NCBI GenBank assembly: GCA_016874135.1
Contig: VGVE01000006.1
Coordinates: 1,085 to 65,084, forward strand
DNA length: 64,000 bases
Reading direction: 5' to 3'
Source of the DNA: Gammaproteobacteria bacterium
GTDB taxonomy: Bacteria; Pseudomonadota; Gammaproteobacteria; Pseudomonadales; Azotimanducaceae
Made by a program: the position numbers and the translations under genes. The stretch's first letter is position 1. Every line of letters begins with the position of its first letter. Positions 18,913 through 28,177 of this stretch are shown here, one piece after another. The notes below the pieces were generated by a model, which worked only from the letters and a program-made list of their open reading frames with translations, was not told the origin of the DNA and made no database searches.

Positions 18913-19567
18913 CTAACCCTTGGGTTGGATCGGGCGCGCCGGGCCGCCGGCGACCGTCACGCCATCCGGCACGTCCTTGGTGACCACGGAGCCCGCGCCA
19001 ACTACCGCACCAATGCCTATGTATTTTCCGGGCAGGGCTACTGCACCTGCGCCGATGAACGCGCGATCCCGCACACGCACGCCGCCGGGAAACGTCACAC
19101 CCGGGCTGATCTGCACCGCTACACCCAGCACACAGTCATGGTCGATTGCGCAGTTGGCGTTCAGGAATGTGAGGTCGCCAAGGACCTCTTCCGGTGCGAT
19201 CACGCAACCTGCGGCGATGAACACGCCCTTGCCGAGTGGTTCGCGGTGAAACCACCGCCCGCGGGTGGATCGCCGATGCGAGCCGACCGCCGAGCGCGGC
19301 GATGTCGGCGGCGATCCGGGAACGTTCCGCAGGATCGCCCATACCCGGCATCAGTTCCGTGCCTGGCTTCACCCAACGGGTCCAGTCTGCCAAGGCGCCA
19401 AGTATCGGCACATCGGACGGCAGAGGCGGTGTGTCGTCATCGAACACACCAGCGACCTTCCGTCCTGCTGCCAGCAGGGCGTCCAGTACATCGTGACCCT
19501 GGCCGCCGCGGCCGAGGATCAGATAGACCGGTCGGTTGTGGGGCGCCGAGTCGGGCTGTGGTGGCAT
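18913..19567 (-). pseudogene. NeuD/PglD-like hexapeptide-repeat sugar acetyltransferase, split by a 1-nt frameshift
   Basis: The N-terminal ORF (19136-19567) reads YLILGRGGQGHDVLDALLAAGRKVAGVFDDD...AIHPRAVVSP. The C-terminal left-handed beta-helix part, (REPLGKG)VFIAAGCVIAPEEVLGDLTFLNANCAIDHDCVLG...GAGSVVTKDVPDGVTVAGGPARPI, continues in another frame (18913-19224 and upstream). The junction is around 19241-19246. Confidence 0.75.
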
Positions 19568-19870
19568 GCAGATGCTCCATTGAATGACGAAGCATTGGCG
19601 CTACCTTCGCCGCCGACTTCGGGCGACCTGGAACAATCAGCGCAACCTGTCACTGGCGGAAGGGTAGCGTGAAGGTGCAGTTACGGTGTCGCAACGAGAT
19701 GCGACGAGACCTCCAGGAATTTTGCATCCGGGCCATGCGCTGGACAATCTAATCGCGTTTAGCGTCGACTCTTCTTTCAGCTTCTTCCGGTTTGGAGGGT
19801 GGGTGTTTCTCGCCACTCAGTAATCACGTTAGCTCGCTGCCTCTGTCGTGGGTTGAGCATGGCTGGTCGT

Positions 19871-20750
19871 CTATCCCGGAAGGCTTGACTCGCAGCGGCA
19901 GGCTTGCTTGCACACGAACACACCGGTCCGGGTTCGGATGTGAAGCTGGCCGTCGGCAAAGGCTTGATCGTATGGCGGCTTCAAAAGCGATACGTTGCTC
20001 AGCGGTGGCAAACTCGCCGGGCGGGAACGAGAGACCGTAGTCGATGACAGCCTGTGGTTCGTTGACGATGAGATCGTTGTCGAACGCGTGCCACACCACT
20101 GACGCGAACTACTCGCGGAGTCGTGCCTCGCCAGTGTCGATGCCGAACACTTCGTAGAGACCTTCGGCGTGCGAACCGAACACCTCCGCCAGCGCCTCGT
20201 TGATTTCCCGCATGTGGCCGTAGCCGTTGGTCGCCACGAGAGCGACGCCGTCTGTCCGCAGCACACGGGCGAGTTCTGTGACCCCACGGTCGGGATCGGG
20301 CACGTGGTAGAGCATGTGGTTTGCGATGACGACGAGGAAGGAGCCATCGGCGAAGGGCAGCGACTGCATGTCGACCGCCCGACCGGTAACGCGGTGGAAG
20401 CCGTTTACCTGCGCCCATGCCACGGCCTCGTCGACCATCCCGGGCGACAGATCAGTGAGCGTGACAGCGAGCGACCGGGGAAGTTCGGATGCCACCCAGA
20501 AGTAGCCGGTGCCACAGCCACACTCCAACACATCGGAACGGCCGTTCCAGTCGACGAGCCGGGCCTCGAACGTGGCCAGCGGAACAGGCGAGGTGGAATA
20601 TGCACGATGCAAGTGTGATCGGACATCGAGCTTGGCCCCTGTGCCGTACTGGACGTCGCGCAGGTACGCCTGATCGCCGCCGCTGAACGCAGGTCGTTCC
20701 GTCATCTCTCGCTCCCCGTTTTTTGCAGTCTCGCCCCTGGTCGGTCCCAA
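19871..20750 (-). pseudogene. Class I SAM-dependent methyltransferase, interrupted by an in-frame TAG and a frameshift
   Basis: The 213-aa ORF has the SAM motif VLECGCGTGYFW and ends at a TAG (20109-20111). The same frame then continues FASVVWHAFDNDLIVNEPQAVIDYGLSFPPGEFATAEQRIAFEAA. The expected C-terminus DQAFADGQLHIRTRTGVFVCKQA appears in the +1 frame from about 19970 to the stop at 19871. Confidence 0.7.
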
Positions 20751-20845
20751 GGTCGTCCCCGAATCCTCTCACTCGGCCAGGTCGACGGGCCTGACCGAGA
20801 TCCCAGTCGCAGCGACTCGCTGCTGCGCGCGGGGTCAAGAGTTCT

Positions 20846-21547
20846 TCAAGCGCCCCGCGGACTATGTATGGAAGGATCACCAACGTCCCGTACCTCTGGC
20901 CCCAGGACTTTGGCCCACACCGCATAAAGTGGGTCGCATCGCGCGCCTTCGGGCGTACACAAGCGCACCTCAGGCTCTGCATACGAACCCGCATAGCCAA
21001 AATATCGGCTGACCGCGATACAACGTTCCACCTCGCTCATCATGAGCCAGCCGCGGATCACCTTGATTGGGAAGCAGCGGTTCGAAAAGGTACACACCAC
21101 CACACCGCCCGGTTTCACGATGCGCGCTGCATCACGTAATACGTCGATGGGCCGATTGAGGTAGTCGATGGACACGCAGCAGGTGGCGGCATCGAAGCTT
21201 GCGTCTTCGAAAGGAAATATCGGGTTCACGTTGAGATCGTGCACCACATAACTGTCAGCCTGTGGATTAGCGGCGAGCTCCCGTTCATTCATCCCAAGCA
21301 CGATCAGGTTTCGTGGTGCTGTGCGGAAGTGCGAAATCCAGGACGACATGAAATCGAGAACGTTCTCTGCTTGACCTTCGCCGTCTATGCCAAGTTCCCT
21401 GTAGAGCGCACCCACCGCAGCGATAGCGCCGTCGTCGATGTGCGTAACGAAACGATCGTAGGCATAGAACCGTGCGTCCGTGGACTCATCTTCCCGGCTG
21501 AAAAAGCCGGGAGGGAAGTGGTCATGTGGATCAACGCTTGAGGTCAC
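20846..21547 (-). CDS. SAM-dependent methyltransferase (type 11-like)
   Basis: 233-aa intact ORF. ...VLDFMSSWISHF...FDAATCCVSIDYLNRPIDVLRDAARIVKPGGVVVCTFSNR... is typical of Methyltransf_11-like proteins. Confidence 0.7.
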   Translation of the reverse strand: MTSSVDPHDHFPPGFFSREDESTDARFYAYDRFVTHIDDGAIAAVGALYRELGIDGEGQAENVLDFMSSWISHFRTAPRNLIVLGMNERELAANPQADSYVVHDLNVNPIFPFEDASFDAATCCVSIDYLNRPIDVLRDAARIVKPGGVVVCTFSNRCFPIKVIRGWLMMSEVERCIAVSRYFGYAGSYAEPEVRLCTPEGARCDPLYAVWAKVLGPEVRDVGDPSIHSPRGA

Positions 21548-21568
21548 AAGAGAGGCTCGATCGCTGGT

Positions 21569-22726
21569 TCACAGGAACAGGTTGTCGAATATCCGTGGTT
21601 CATTGCTGACACGTGCTTCCTTGAGCAAGCGCGCCAGGATCGGCACGCCTGCGGCGATCTGTTCCCGGGTGAGGTGTCCGAAAGCAAGTCGCAGATAAGG
21701 CGCGTTCACGGCCTTGTAATGGAAAGACGTGCCGGGAATGTAGTTCACCCCCGCCTGCTGTGTGGTCTTCCACAGTTTCCCCCGATCCACGTCGTCAGGG
21801 AAGCGCACCCAGATGAAGAGCCCGCCGACGGGATTGGACCATACGCAGATATCGTCGAGATGTTCCTTCAGCATCGCCACGGTGAGATCGCGTTTGTCCT
21901 TGAGGACCGGATTGGCGACCGACGCGTGGCCGGCAATGCCGTCGCGGTAGAACTCCGCCACCACAGCGGCGGCGAAGGTATTGCTCCCCGCATCAAAGCG
22001 ACGCGCGAGGATCTTCTCGAGCATTGGCGGTTTGGCGAGGATGTAACCGAGGCGCATCCCCGGGGCGAGAATCTTCGATAGTGAACACATGTAGATATGG
22101 TTGGGGTCTCCGTCGAGAGCGTAGATGGCAGGCTCGATGAGACCGTCGTAGTGCACGTCTCCGTAACAGTTGTCTTCGACGATCGGAATGCCGAAGCGTC
22201 GCGCCAGCGCAATCATTTCCAGTCGGCGGGTTTTCGGCATCACGAAACCGGTCGGGTTCTGATACGTGCTGATGGCGTAGATGAAGCGCGGCAGGCGGTT
22301 TTCCCGCTGCAGGCGCAGGAGCTCATCTTCGAGGTGGTCGAGGCGCATGCCGCCTTCATCGAGTTTGATGCCGACCATCTCGTACTTGAGTCCCCGGTAG
22401 GCCGACAGCGTGCCGGGATAACAGAACTCTTCGACGATGACGGTGTCACCGTGATTGACCTGCAGCGCCTCGGCCGTGAGCGTCACCGCCTGCATCGAGC
22501 CGTTGCACAGGATGAGGTGGGCCGGATCCACCGGCACACCTTCCCGGTCACTCTCGCGTTTCGCCATGGCTTTGCGCAGTCCTTCATGGCCGAGATTGCC
22601 CGGGTATTTGGTGAGCTCGAGTCCTTCCCGGTCGAGTACGCGCGCTACTGCGGCCTTCAATGCTTCTTTGGGAAAGGTCTCGGGATCGGATCGGCCGGAG
22701 CCAAAGTCGTAGAGGATTTCAGGCAT
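21569..22726 (-). CDS. PLP-dependent aminotransferase, class I/II fold
   Basis: Start moved to the ATG at 22724-22726 (MPEILYDFGSGRSDPETFP). PLP-lysine motif SLSKILAPGMRLGY and YQNPTGFVM. The upstream 59 codons of the ORF-track entry overlap the next gene and look non-coding. Confidence 0.8.
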   Translation of the reverse strand: MPEILYDFGSGRSDPETFPKEALKAAVARVLDREGLELTKYPGNLGHEGLRKAMAKRESDREGVPVDPAHLILCNGSMQAVTLTAEALQVNHGDTVIVEEFCYPGTLSAYRGLKYEMVGIKLDEGGMRLDHLEDELLRLQRENRLPRFIYAISTYQNPTGFVMPKTRRLEMIALARRFGIPIVEDNCYGDVHYDGLIEPAIYALDGDPNHIYMCSLSKILAPGMRLGYILAKPPMLEKILARRFDAGSNTFAAAVVAEFYRDGIAGHASVANPVLKDKRDLTVAMLKEHLDDICVWSNPVGGLFIWVRFPDDVDRGKLWKTTQQAGVNYIPGTSFHYKAVNAPYLRLAFGHLTREQIAAGVPILARLLKEARVSNEPRIFDNLFL

Positions 22727-22727
22727 G

Positions 22728-23474
22728 TTATCCCGCCAGTTGGGTGGTAACGAGGAAGTTAAGGCTCTCGCGCACGGCGGTGAGCATGTCGGTTGCGCAC
22801 GCGTCGAGTTCGATGATGGCCCACTCGAGCACCGAAGGATCCGCCGCCCGCATGATGGCGGGTAGATCCTGTTTCCCCTGGCCGAGAGCGACCATGGGTT
22901 CACCGCGAATGAGTGGGCCGTCCTTCAGGTGCAGCAGTGGCGTGCGTGAGCGGATGCGACTGAGCTCCCTAGCAGGGTTGCACGCACCGAAGTTCGCGGC
23001 CCAGTAGGTATCGAGTTCGAACTGCACCTCACGCACGGCATCCTGGAAGGTGTGGTAGGCCAGGCGACCATCGATCTGCGCGTATTCCCACCAGTGGTTG
23101 TGGAGGGCCAGTGAAATACCCTGTGCTTTGAGGTCATCGAGCAGTCGCTGCGTCGCCTCTATGGTGCGCTGCAGTGCGTCCGCACTCTCAAAATCTGCGG
23201 GCGCATAACCGCCGATGGCTCTGTGCAGTCCGAGTGCACCGAGAATGTCCACGGTCTTGGCAACTGGCGACCGGTTCGCGAACGGGAAGTGACTCGAGGA
23301 CACCTTCATGCCAAGCGATTCCACCCGGCGGCGAAAGCCCGCGGGCGTAAATCCAAACAGGTTGTAGGGTTCAACGCCGTCGAATCCGGATTCGGCGAGC
23401 GCGCGCAATACGCCGCCAAAGTCTTTTTCGCTCTCGGCGCGCAGCGAATACAGCTGCACTGATATCGGTACCAT
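22728..23474 (-). CDS. Xylose-isomerase-like TIM-barrel protein (sugar phosphate isomerase/epimerase family)
   Basis: 248 aa. MVPISVQLYSLRAESEKDFGGVLRALAESGFDGVEPY is a typical AP_endonuc_2/TIM-barrel N-terminus, with LALHNHWWE further on. Confidence 0.75.
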   Translation of the reverse strand: MVPISVQLYSLRAESEKDFGGVLRALAESGFDGVEPYNLFGFTPAGFRRRVESLGMKVSSSHFPFANRSPVAKTVDILGALGLHRAIGGYAPADFESADALQRTIEATQRLLDDLKAQGISLALHNHWWEYAQIDGRLAYHTFQDAVREVQFELDTYWAANFGACNPARELSRIRSRTPLLHLKDGPLIRGEPMVALGQGKQDLPAIMRAADPSVLEWAIIELDACATDMLTAVRESLNFLVTTQLAG

Positions 23475-23510
23475 GGCCCGCCCCCCTTGCGTTGGTTTAT
23501 CTTAGCCTGC

Positions 23511-24668
23511 ATGGGAGAGTCACAGAAATTGAGATTCGGCCTGATCGGTGGCGGTGAGGGTGCGTTCATCGGCGCCGTGCATCGGATCGCGGCTGAACTC
23601 GACGGCGAAGCGGAACTGGTCGCGACCTGTGCGGGGTCCGATCCGGAACGCGCACGGGCTTTTGGCGTCAGTCGTTATGGCGTGGATCCGACCCGCTCCT
23701 ACGGTTCGACGGCAGAACTGTTCAAGCAGGAGGCCCAGCTGCCCGAATCGCAGCGGTTGCACTACGTCATCATCGCGACGCCCAACCATACCCATGTGGG
23801 GCTGGCAGCTGATGCGCTCGATGCCGGTTTCCATGTGGCGTGCGACAAACCTCTGGGCTCCGACCTGCGCAGTGCTGAAGCACTGTGGCGCTTGCATCGC
23901 TCGTTGGGAAAAAAATTTCTGGTGACCTACAACTACACCGGGTATCCCATGCTTCGAGAGGCGCGTGCACGCGTCGCGGCCGGCGAACTCGGTGCCTTGC
24001 GGCGAATCCAGTGTGAATATCTGCAGGGATGGCTTGCCGGCGCCATCGACGGTGATAATAAGCAGGCCAACTGGCGCACCGATCCCTCTCGTGCGGGCGC
24101 TGCAGGCTGTTTCGGCGATATCGGCAGCCACGCGGAGAACCTGGTGCGATTTGTTTCGGGACTCGCGATCGACCGCGTCTGTGCCGACCTCTCAACTTTC
24201 GTCCCGGGCCGCCGGCTCGATGACGACGGCAATGTGTTGCTGCGATTTTCAGGCGGCGCGAAAGGTGTGATCGGTGCGAGCCAGGTGGCGTTCGGTGAAG
24301 AGAATGCGCTCAGCCTGCGCATCTACGGTGAGCGCGGCAGTTTCACCTGGACGCAGCAGGAGCCGAATTCCCTGATCCTGCGGCTCGATGGCCAACCCAT
24401 GCAGACACTGCGTACAGGATCCAGTGGTCTGTCAGTCAGCACCCTTGCGGCAACCCGGTTGCCGCCCGGTCATCCGGAAGGTTTCCTCGAAGCCTTTGCC
24501 AATCTCTACCGGAATTTCCATGCGGATATCCGCGGTGAAAGTGGAGCGCTCTATCCGCAGCTCGAAGACGGCCTTCGTGGCATGCGGTTTCTCGACTGTG
24601 TGGTCAAGAGCAGCGCCAAGGGTGGTATCTGGACCACCTGTGATGATTCGCTGGATTCAGCTTTATGA
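23511..24668 (+). CDS. Gfo/Idh/MocA-family NAD(P)-dependent oxidoreductase
   Basis: LRFGLIGGGEGAFIGAVHR Rossmann motif at the N-terminus, with ...IIATPNHTHVGLAADALDAGFHVACDKPL. ATG at 23511 preferred over the TTG at 23487. Confidence 0.8.
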   Translation: MGESQKLRFGLIGGGEGAFIGAVHRIAAELDGEAELVATCAGSDPERARAFGVSRYGVDPTRSYGSTAELFKQEAQLPESQRLHYVIIATPNHTHVGLAADALDAGFHVACDKPLGSDLRSAEALWRLHRSLGKKFLVTYNYTGYPMLREARARVAAGELGALRRIQCEYLQGWLAGAIDGDNKQANWRTDPSRAGAAGCFGDIGSHAENLVRFVSGLAIDRVCADLSTFVPGRRLDDDGNVLLRFSGGAKGVIGASQVAFGEENALSLRIYGERGSFTWTQQEPNSLILRLDGQPMQTLRTGSSGLSVSTLAATRLPPGHPEGFLEAFANLYRNFHADIRGESGALYPQLEDGLRGMRFLDCVVKSSAKGGIWTTCDDSLDSAL

Positions 24669-24692
24669 AGACACTCGTATGAAGATTTCCAT

Positions 24693-25748
24693 ATGAAGAC
24701 GCTGAAGGGACCCGCCATCTTCCTCGCGCAGTTCATGGCGGACGACAAGCCGTTCAACGGCATCGAGTCCATGGCGCAATGGGCAGCGAATCTTGGGTTC
24801 ATCGGTGTCCAGGTGCCGATCGGTAATCCGGCGTTCATCGACGTTGCTCTTGCTGCACAAAGTCAAACCTACGCCGACGAGCTGAAGGGGCGTGTGGCGC
24901 AGGCGGGTGTGACGATCACTGAACTTTCAACGCATCTGGAAGGCCAGCTGGTTGCCGTGCATCCGGCCTACGATGAACTGTTTGATGCCTTCGCGGCGCC
25001 TGCGGTGCGAGGCAATCCCGGTGCCCGCACGGCGTGGGCAGTGGAGCAGGTCAAACTCGCGCTGAAGGCGAGCGCGCGCCTCGGTACTACGGAACAGGTT
25101 TGCTTTTCAGGTTCTCTGCTGTGGCCTTACTTCTACCCGTGGCCGCAGCGGCCGGCAGGGCTCATCGAGGAGGGATTCAAGGAACTCGCCAGACGCTGGC
25201 GACCGATCCTCGATGTGGCGGAAGACTGTGGGGTGAACATCTGTTTCGAGATTCATCCCGGCGAAGACCTGCACGACGGTGTGACTTTCGAACGCTTTCT
25301 TGACGCGGTGGGTGGCCACCGGCGCTGTCACATCCTCTACGATCCAAGCCACTTCGTATTGCAGCAGCTCGACTACCTCGGCTTCATCGATGCCTATCAC
25401 GAACGCATCCGCATGTTTCATGTGAAAGATGCGGAGTTCAATCCGGATGCGCGCAGCGGTGTTTATGGCGGTTATCAGGACTGGGTGGATCGTCCAGGCC
25501 GGTTCCGTTCACTTGACGACGGGGCGATTGATTTTGGTGCGGTGTTTTCGAAGTTTGCGCAATACGACTACGCGGGATGGGCGGTGCTCGAGTGGGAGTG
25601 TTGCCTCAAACATCAGGAGGATGGAGCGCGGGAAGGTGCAGCGTTCATCCGCGATCACATCATCCGCGTGACGGATCGGGCATTTGATGACTTTGCGTCC
25701 GCTGGCATTGATGCTGCACGCAATCGCCGGTTGTTGGGGCTGCAGTAG
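24693..25748 (+). CDS. Xylose-isomerase-like TIM-barrel protein
   Basis: 351 aa. ...GIESMAQWAANLGFIGVQVP..., ICFEIHPGEDL and FHVKDAEF are typical of this family. Confidence 0.75.
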   Translation: MKTLKGPAIFLAQFMADDKPFNGIESMAQWAANLGFIGVQVPIGNPAFIDVALAAQSQTYADELKGRVAQAGVTITELSTHLEGQLVAVHPAYDELFDAFAAPAVRGNPGARTAWAVEQVKLALKASARLGTTEQVCFSGSLLWPYFYPWPQRPAGLIEEGFKELARRWRPILDVAEDCGVNICFEIHPGEDLHDGVTFERFLDAVGGHRRCHILYDPSHFVLQQLDYLGFIDAYHERIRMFHVKDAEFNPDARSGVYGGYQDWVDRPGRFRSLDDGAIDFGAVFSKFAQYDYAGWAVLEWECCLKHQEDGAREGAAFIRDHIIRVTDRAFDDFASAGIDAARNRRLLGLQ

Positions 25749-25793
25749 CAGCGCCTGCAAAAACAAGTTCGAAGAGGGGTTGGAAAAGATCAG

Positions 25794-27395
25794 ATGAGCA
25801 ATACAAGACAGGTCGATGCAGTCGTGGTGGGCGCAGGTTTTGGTGGGCTCTACATGTTGCACCGAATGCGCAAACAGGGATTGACCGCGCGGGTCATTGA
25901 AGCAGGTGATGGTGTCGGTGGCACCTGGTACTGGAATCGTTATCCCGGCGCGCGCTGTGATATTCAAAGCCTCGAATATTCCTACCAGTTTTCGAACGAG
26001 CTGCAGCAGCAGTGGGAATGGTCGGAACGTTATGCAACTCAGCCGGAGATCCTGCGCTACATCAATCATGTGGCTGACCGGTTCGATCTGCGGCACGATA
26101 TCTCCTTTAACGCCCGGGTGACCTCAGCGGACTTTGATGAATCCCGAAACCGCTGGGTGGTCAACACGGATACCGGTGAGACCTTTGATTCGCGTTTCGT
26201 TGTGATGGCAACGGGATGCTTGTCCAGCGCCAACTTGCCGCCGATCCCGGGGCTCGCATTGTTCAGTGGCGACTGGTATCACACCGGGCGCTGGCCACAC
26301 GAACCAGTGAACTTTTCCGGCAAGCGTGTAGCGGTCATCGGCACCGGCTCATCGGCGATCCAGAGTATTCCGCTGATTGCCGAGCAGGCCAGTGAGCTCG
26401 TGGTGTTCCAGCGTACCGCCAACTACTCGGTTCCGGCGCACAACCAGACGCTAGATCCGAAGCGAGTAGCCGAAGTGAAGGCGCATTATCCACAGTATCG
26501 GGCCGCGAACCGGGAAACGGCGTTTCATGCGGACTTCGGTTATAGCGATCGAAATGCCCTGGATGTGAGTGCGGCAGAACGAGCCGCGGAGTTTGAGCGC
26601 CGCTGGGCACATGGCGGTCTCCCCTTCATGGCCTCGTTTGCAGACCTGATGTTCAACCCACAGGCCAACCAGACTGCAGCGGAATTCATCCGCGGCAAGA
26701 TCAGCAGTATCGTCAAGGATCCCGAAACCGCTCGCAAACTGACACCTTCAGGGCTGGTCGGCTGCAAGCGCCTGTGCGTCGATACCAACTACTACGCAAC
26801 GTACAACCAGCCACACGTGTCGCTGGTGGATATCAACGCCGAGCCCATCGAGACCGTTACGACTGACGGTATTCGCACGAGTGCTCGAGACTACGCCTTT
26901 GATGCAATCGTGTTTGCCACCGGATTTGATGCCATGACTGGCGCCATGACGCGTGTGGCGATCCGCGGTCGGGGTGGTCGATCCATCCAGGAGGCCTGGA
27001 AAGAAGGTCCGAAAACCTACCTCGGTCTTTCGGTCAACGGCTTTCCGAACCTGTTCATGATTACCGGTCCCGGCAGTCCGTCGGTTCTCACCAACATGTT
27101 GCCCTCCATCGAACACCACGTGGACTGGATCGCGGATTGCATCCAGTGGACGGATCAGAAGCAGGTGGCCGCGATCGAAGCCGCCGAGGATGCCCAGGAA
27201 AACTGGGTTGCCCACGTCAATGAAGTGGGTGAGACGAGCGTGTATCCACACTGCAATTCCTGGTACCTCGGTGCGAACGTGCCTGGCAAGCCGCGGGTGT
27301 TCATGCCTTACCTCGGGTTTCCTCCCTATGCCGAGAAGTGCCGACAGGTGGTGGCGGCGGACTATGAGGGTTTCATCAAACAACACGTCGCGTGA
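25794..27395 (+). CDS. Type I Baeyer-Villiger monooxygenase (FAD/NADPH, cyclohexanone monooxygenase-like)
   Basis: 533 aa. FAD motif VVVGAGFGGLY, GGTWYWNRYPGARCD, BVMO fingerprint FSGDWYHTGRWP (FxGxxxHxxxWP), NADP motif VAVIGTGSSAIQ. Confidence 0.9.
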   Translation: MSNTRQVDAVVVGAGFGGLYMLHRMRKQGLTARVIEAGDGVGGTWYWNRYPGARCDIQSLEYSYQFSNELQQQWEWSERYATQPEILRYINHVADRFDLRHDISFNARVTSADFDESRNRWVVNTDTGETFDSRFVVMATGCLSSANLPPIPGLALFSGDWYHTGRWPHEPVNFSGKRVAVIGTGSSAIQSIPLIAEQASELVVFQRTANYSVPAHNQTLDPKRVAEVKAHYPQYRAANRETAFHADFGYSDRNALDVSAAERAAEFERRWAHGGLPFMASFADLMFNPQANQTAAEFIRGKISSIVKDPETARKLTPSGLVGCKRLCVDTNYYATYNQPHVSLVDINAEPIETVTTDGIRTSARDYAFDAIVFATGFDAMTGAMTRVAIRGRGGRSIQEAWKEGPKTYLGLSVNGFPNLFMITGPGSPSVLTNMLPSIEHHVDWIADCIQWTDQKQVAAIEAAEDAQENWVAHVNEVGETSVYPHCNSWYLGANVPGKPRVFMPYLGFPPYAEKCRQVVAADYEGFIKQHVA

Positions 27396-27403
27396 GGTCA
27401 GTC

Positions 27404-28177
27404 ATGAGTCGCCCCATACAGGAACTGTTTGACCTTGCCGGCCATGTCGCTGTGGTGACCGGTGGCGGCCGTGGCATCGGTGAAGGTATCGCCCGGGGAT
27501 TTTTCCAGGCAGGCGCGGCGGTGGTGCTTGCGGCGAGAAGAACCCACGAGATCGAGGCGGTGGCAAAATCCATCCGTGCTTCTGGTGGCCGCGCAGTGGC
27601 GGTCACGACGGATGTGACCCGGGATGCCGAACTCGAAGCCCTCGCCAAAGCAGCCATCAAGGCGTTCGGTAAGATCACCATCTGGGTGAACAACGCCGGT
27701 GGTTCTCCCATGCGAATGCCGCTGAAGGACCTGCCGCGCGAGGAGTGGGATCGCACCATTGCCCTTAATCTCACGTCCATCTACACCGGTTGCATCACTG
27801 CCGCGCGGCATATGGAAACTGGCAGCATCATCAACATCACCTCTGGCGCCGGAACGGGACCGGTTCCCGGCAGTGCGCACTATGGGGCCGCCAAAGCAGG
27901 CACGAATTCACTCACCTGGACACTGGCGGCGGAGTTTGCCCCGAAGATCCGGGTAAACGCGGTGGCGCCTGGTGCCATCCCTACCGAAGTGATGCTCAAG
28001 GCAATTGGCAAAACCGAACGGCAGCTGGATGAGGTGCTTGCGGAGTGGAAGATTCCACTCGGCCGCCTCGGCAAACCCGAGGACATCGCCGCAGCGTGTG
28101 TGTACCTCGCATCTGACGCAGCCAGCTGGGTGAGTGGCGAGATCATCCGCGTAGGTGGCGGCGCAAGGCCACGTTGA
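27404..28177 (+). CDS. Short-chain dehydrogenase/reductase (SDR)
   Basis: VAVVTGGGRGIGEG cofactor motif, NNAG, and the catalytic YGAAK (YxxxK). ATG at 27404 preferred over the GTG at 27392. Confidence 0.85.
   Translation: MSRPIQELFDLAGHVAVVTGGGRGIGEGIARGFFQAGAAVVLAARRTHEIEAVAKSIRASGGRAVAVTTDVTRDAELEALAKAAIKAFGKITIWVNNAGGSPMRMPLKDLPREEWDRTIALNLTSIYTGCITAARHMETGSIINITSGAGTGPVPGSAHYGAAKAGTNSLTWTLAAEFAPKIRVNAVAPGAIPTEVMLKAIGKTERQLDEVLAEWKIPLGRLGKPEDIAAACVYLASDAASWVSGEIIRVGGGARPR

Noticed and set aside
20109-20111. The in-frame TAG as pyrrolysine or a reassigned codon
   Set aside because: No pyl genes are present. TAG is used as a normal stop elsewhere in the window. The same gene also carries a frameshift, and TAA and TGA interruptions occur in other genes, so a code change does not fit.
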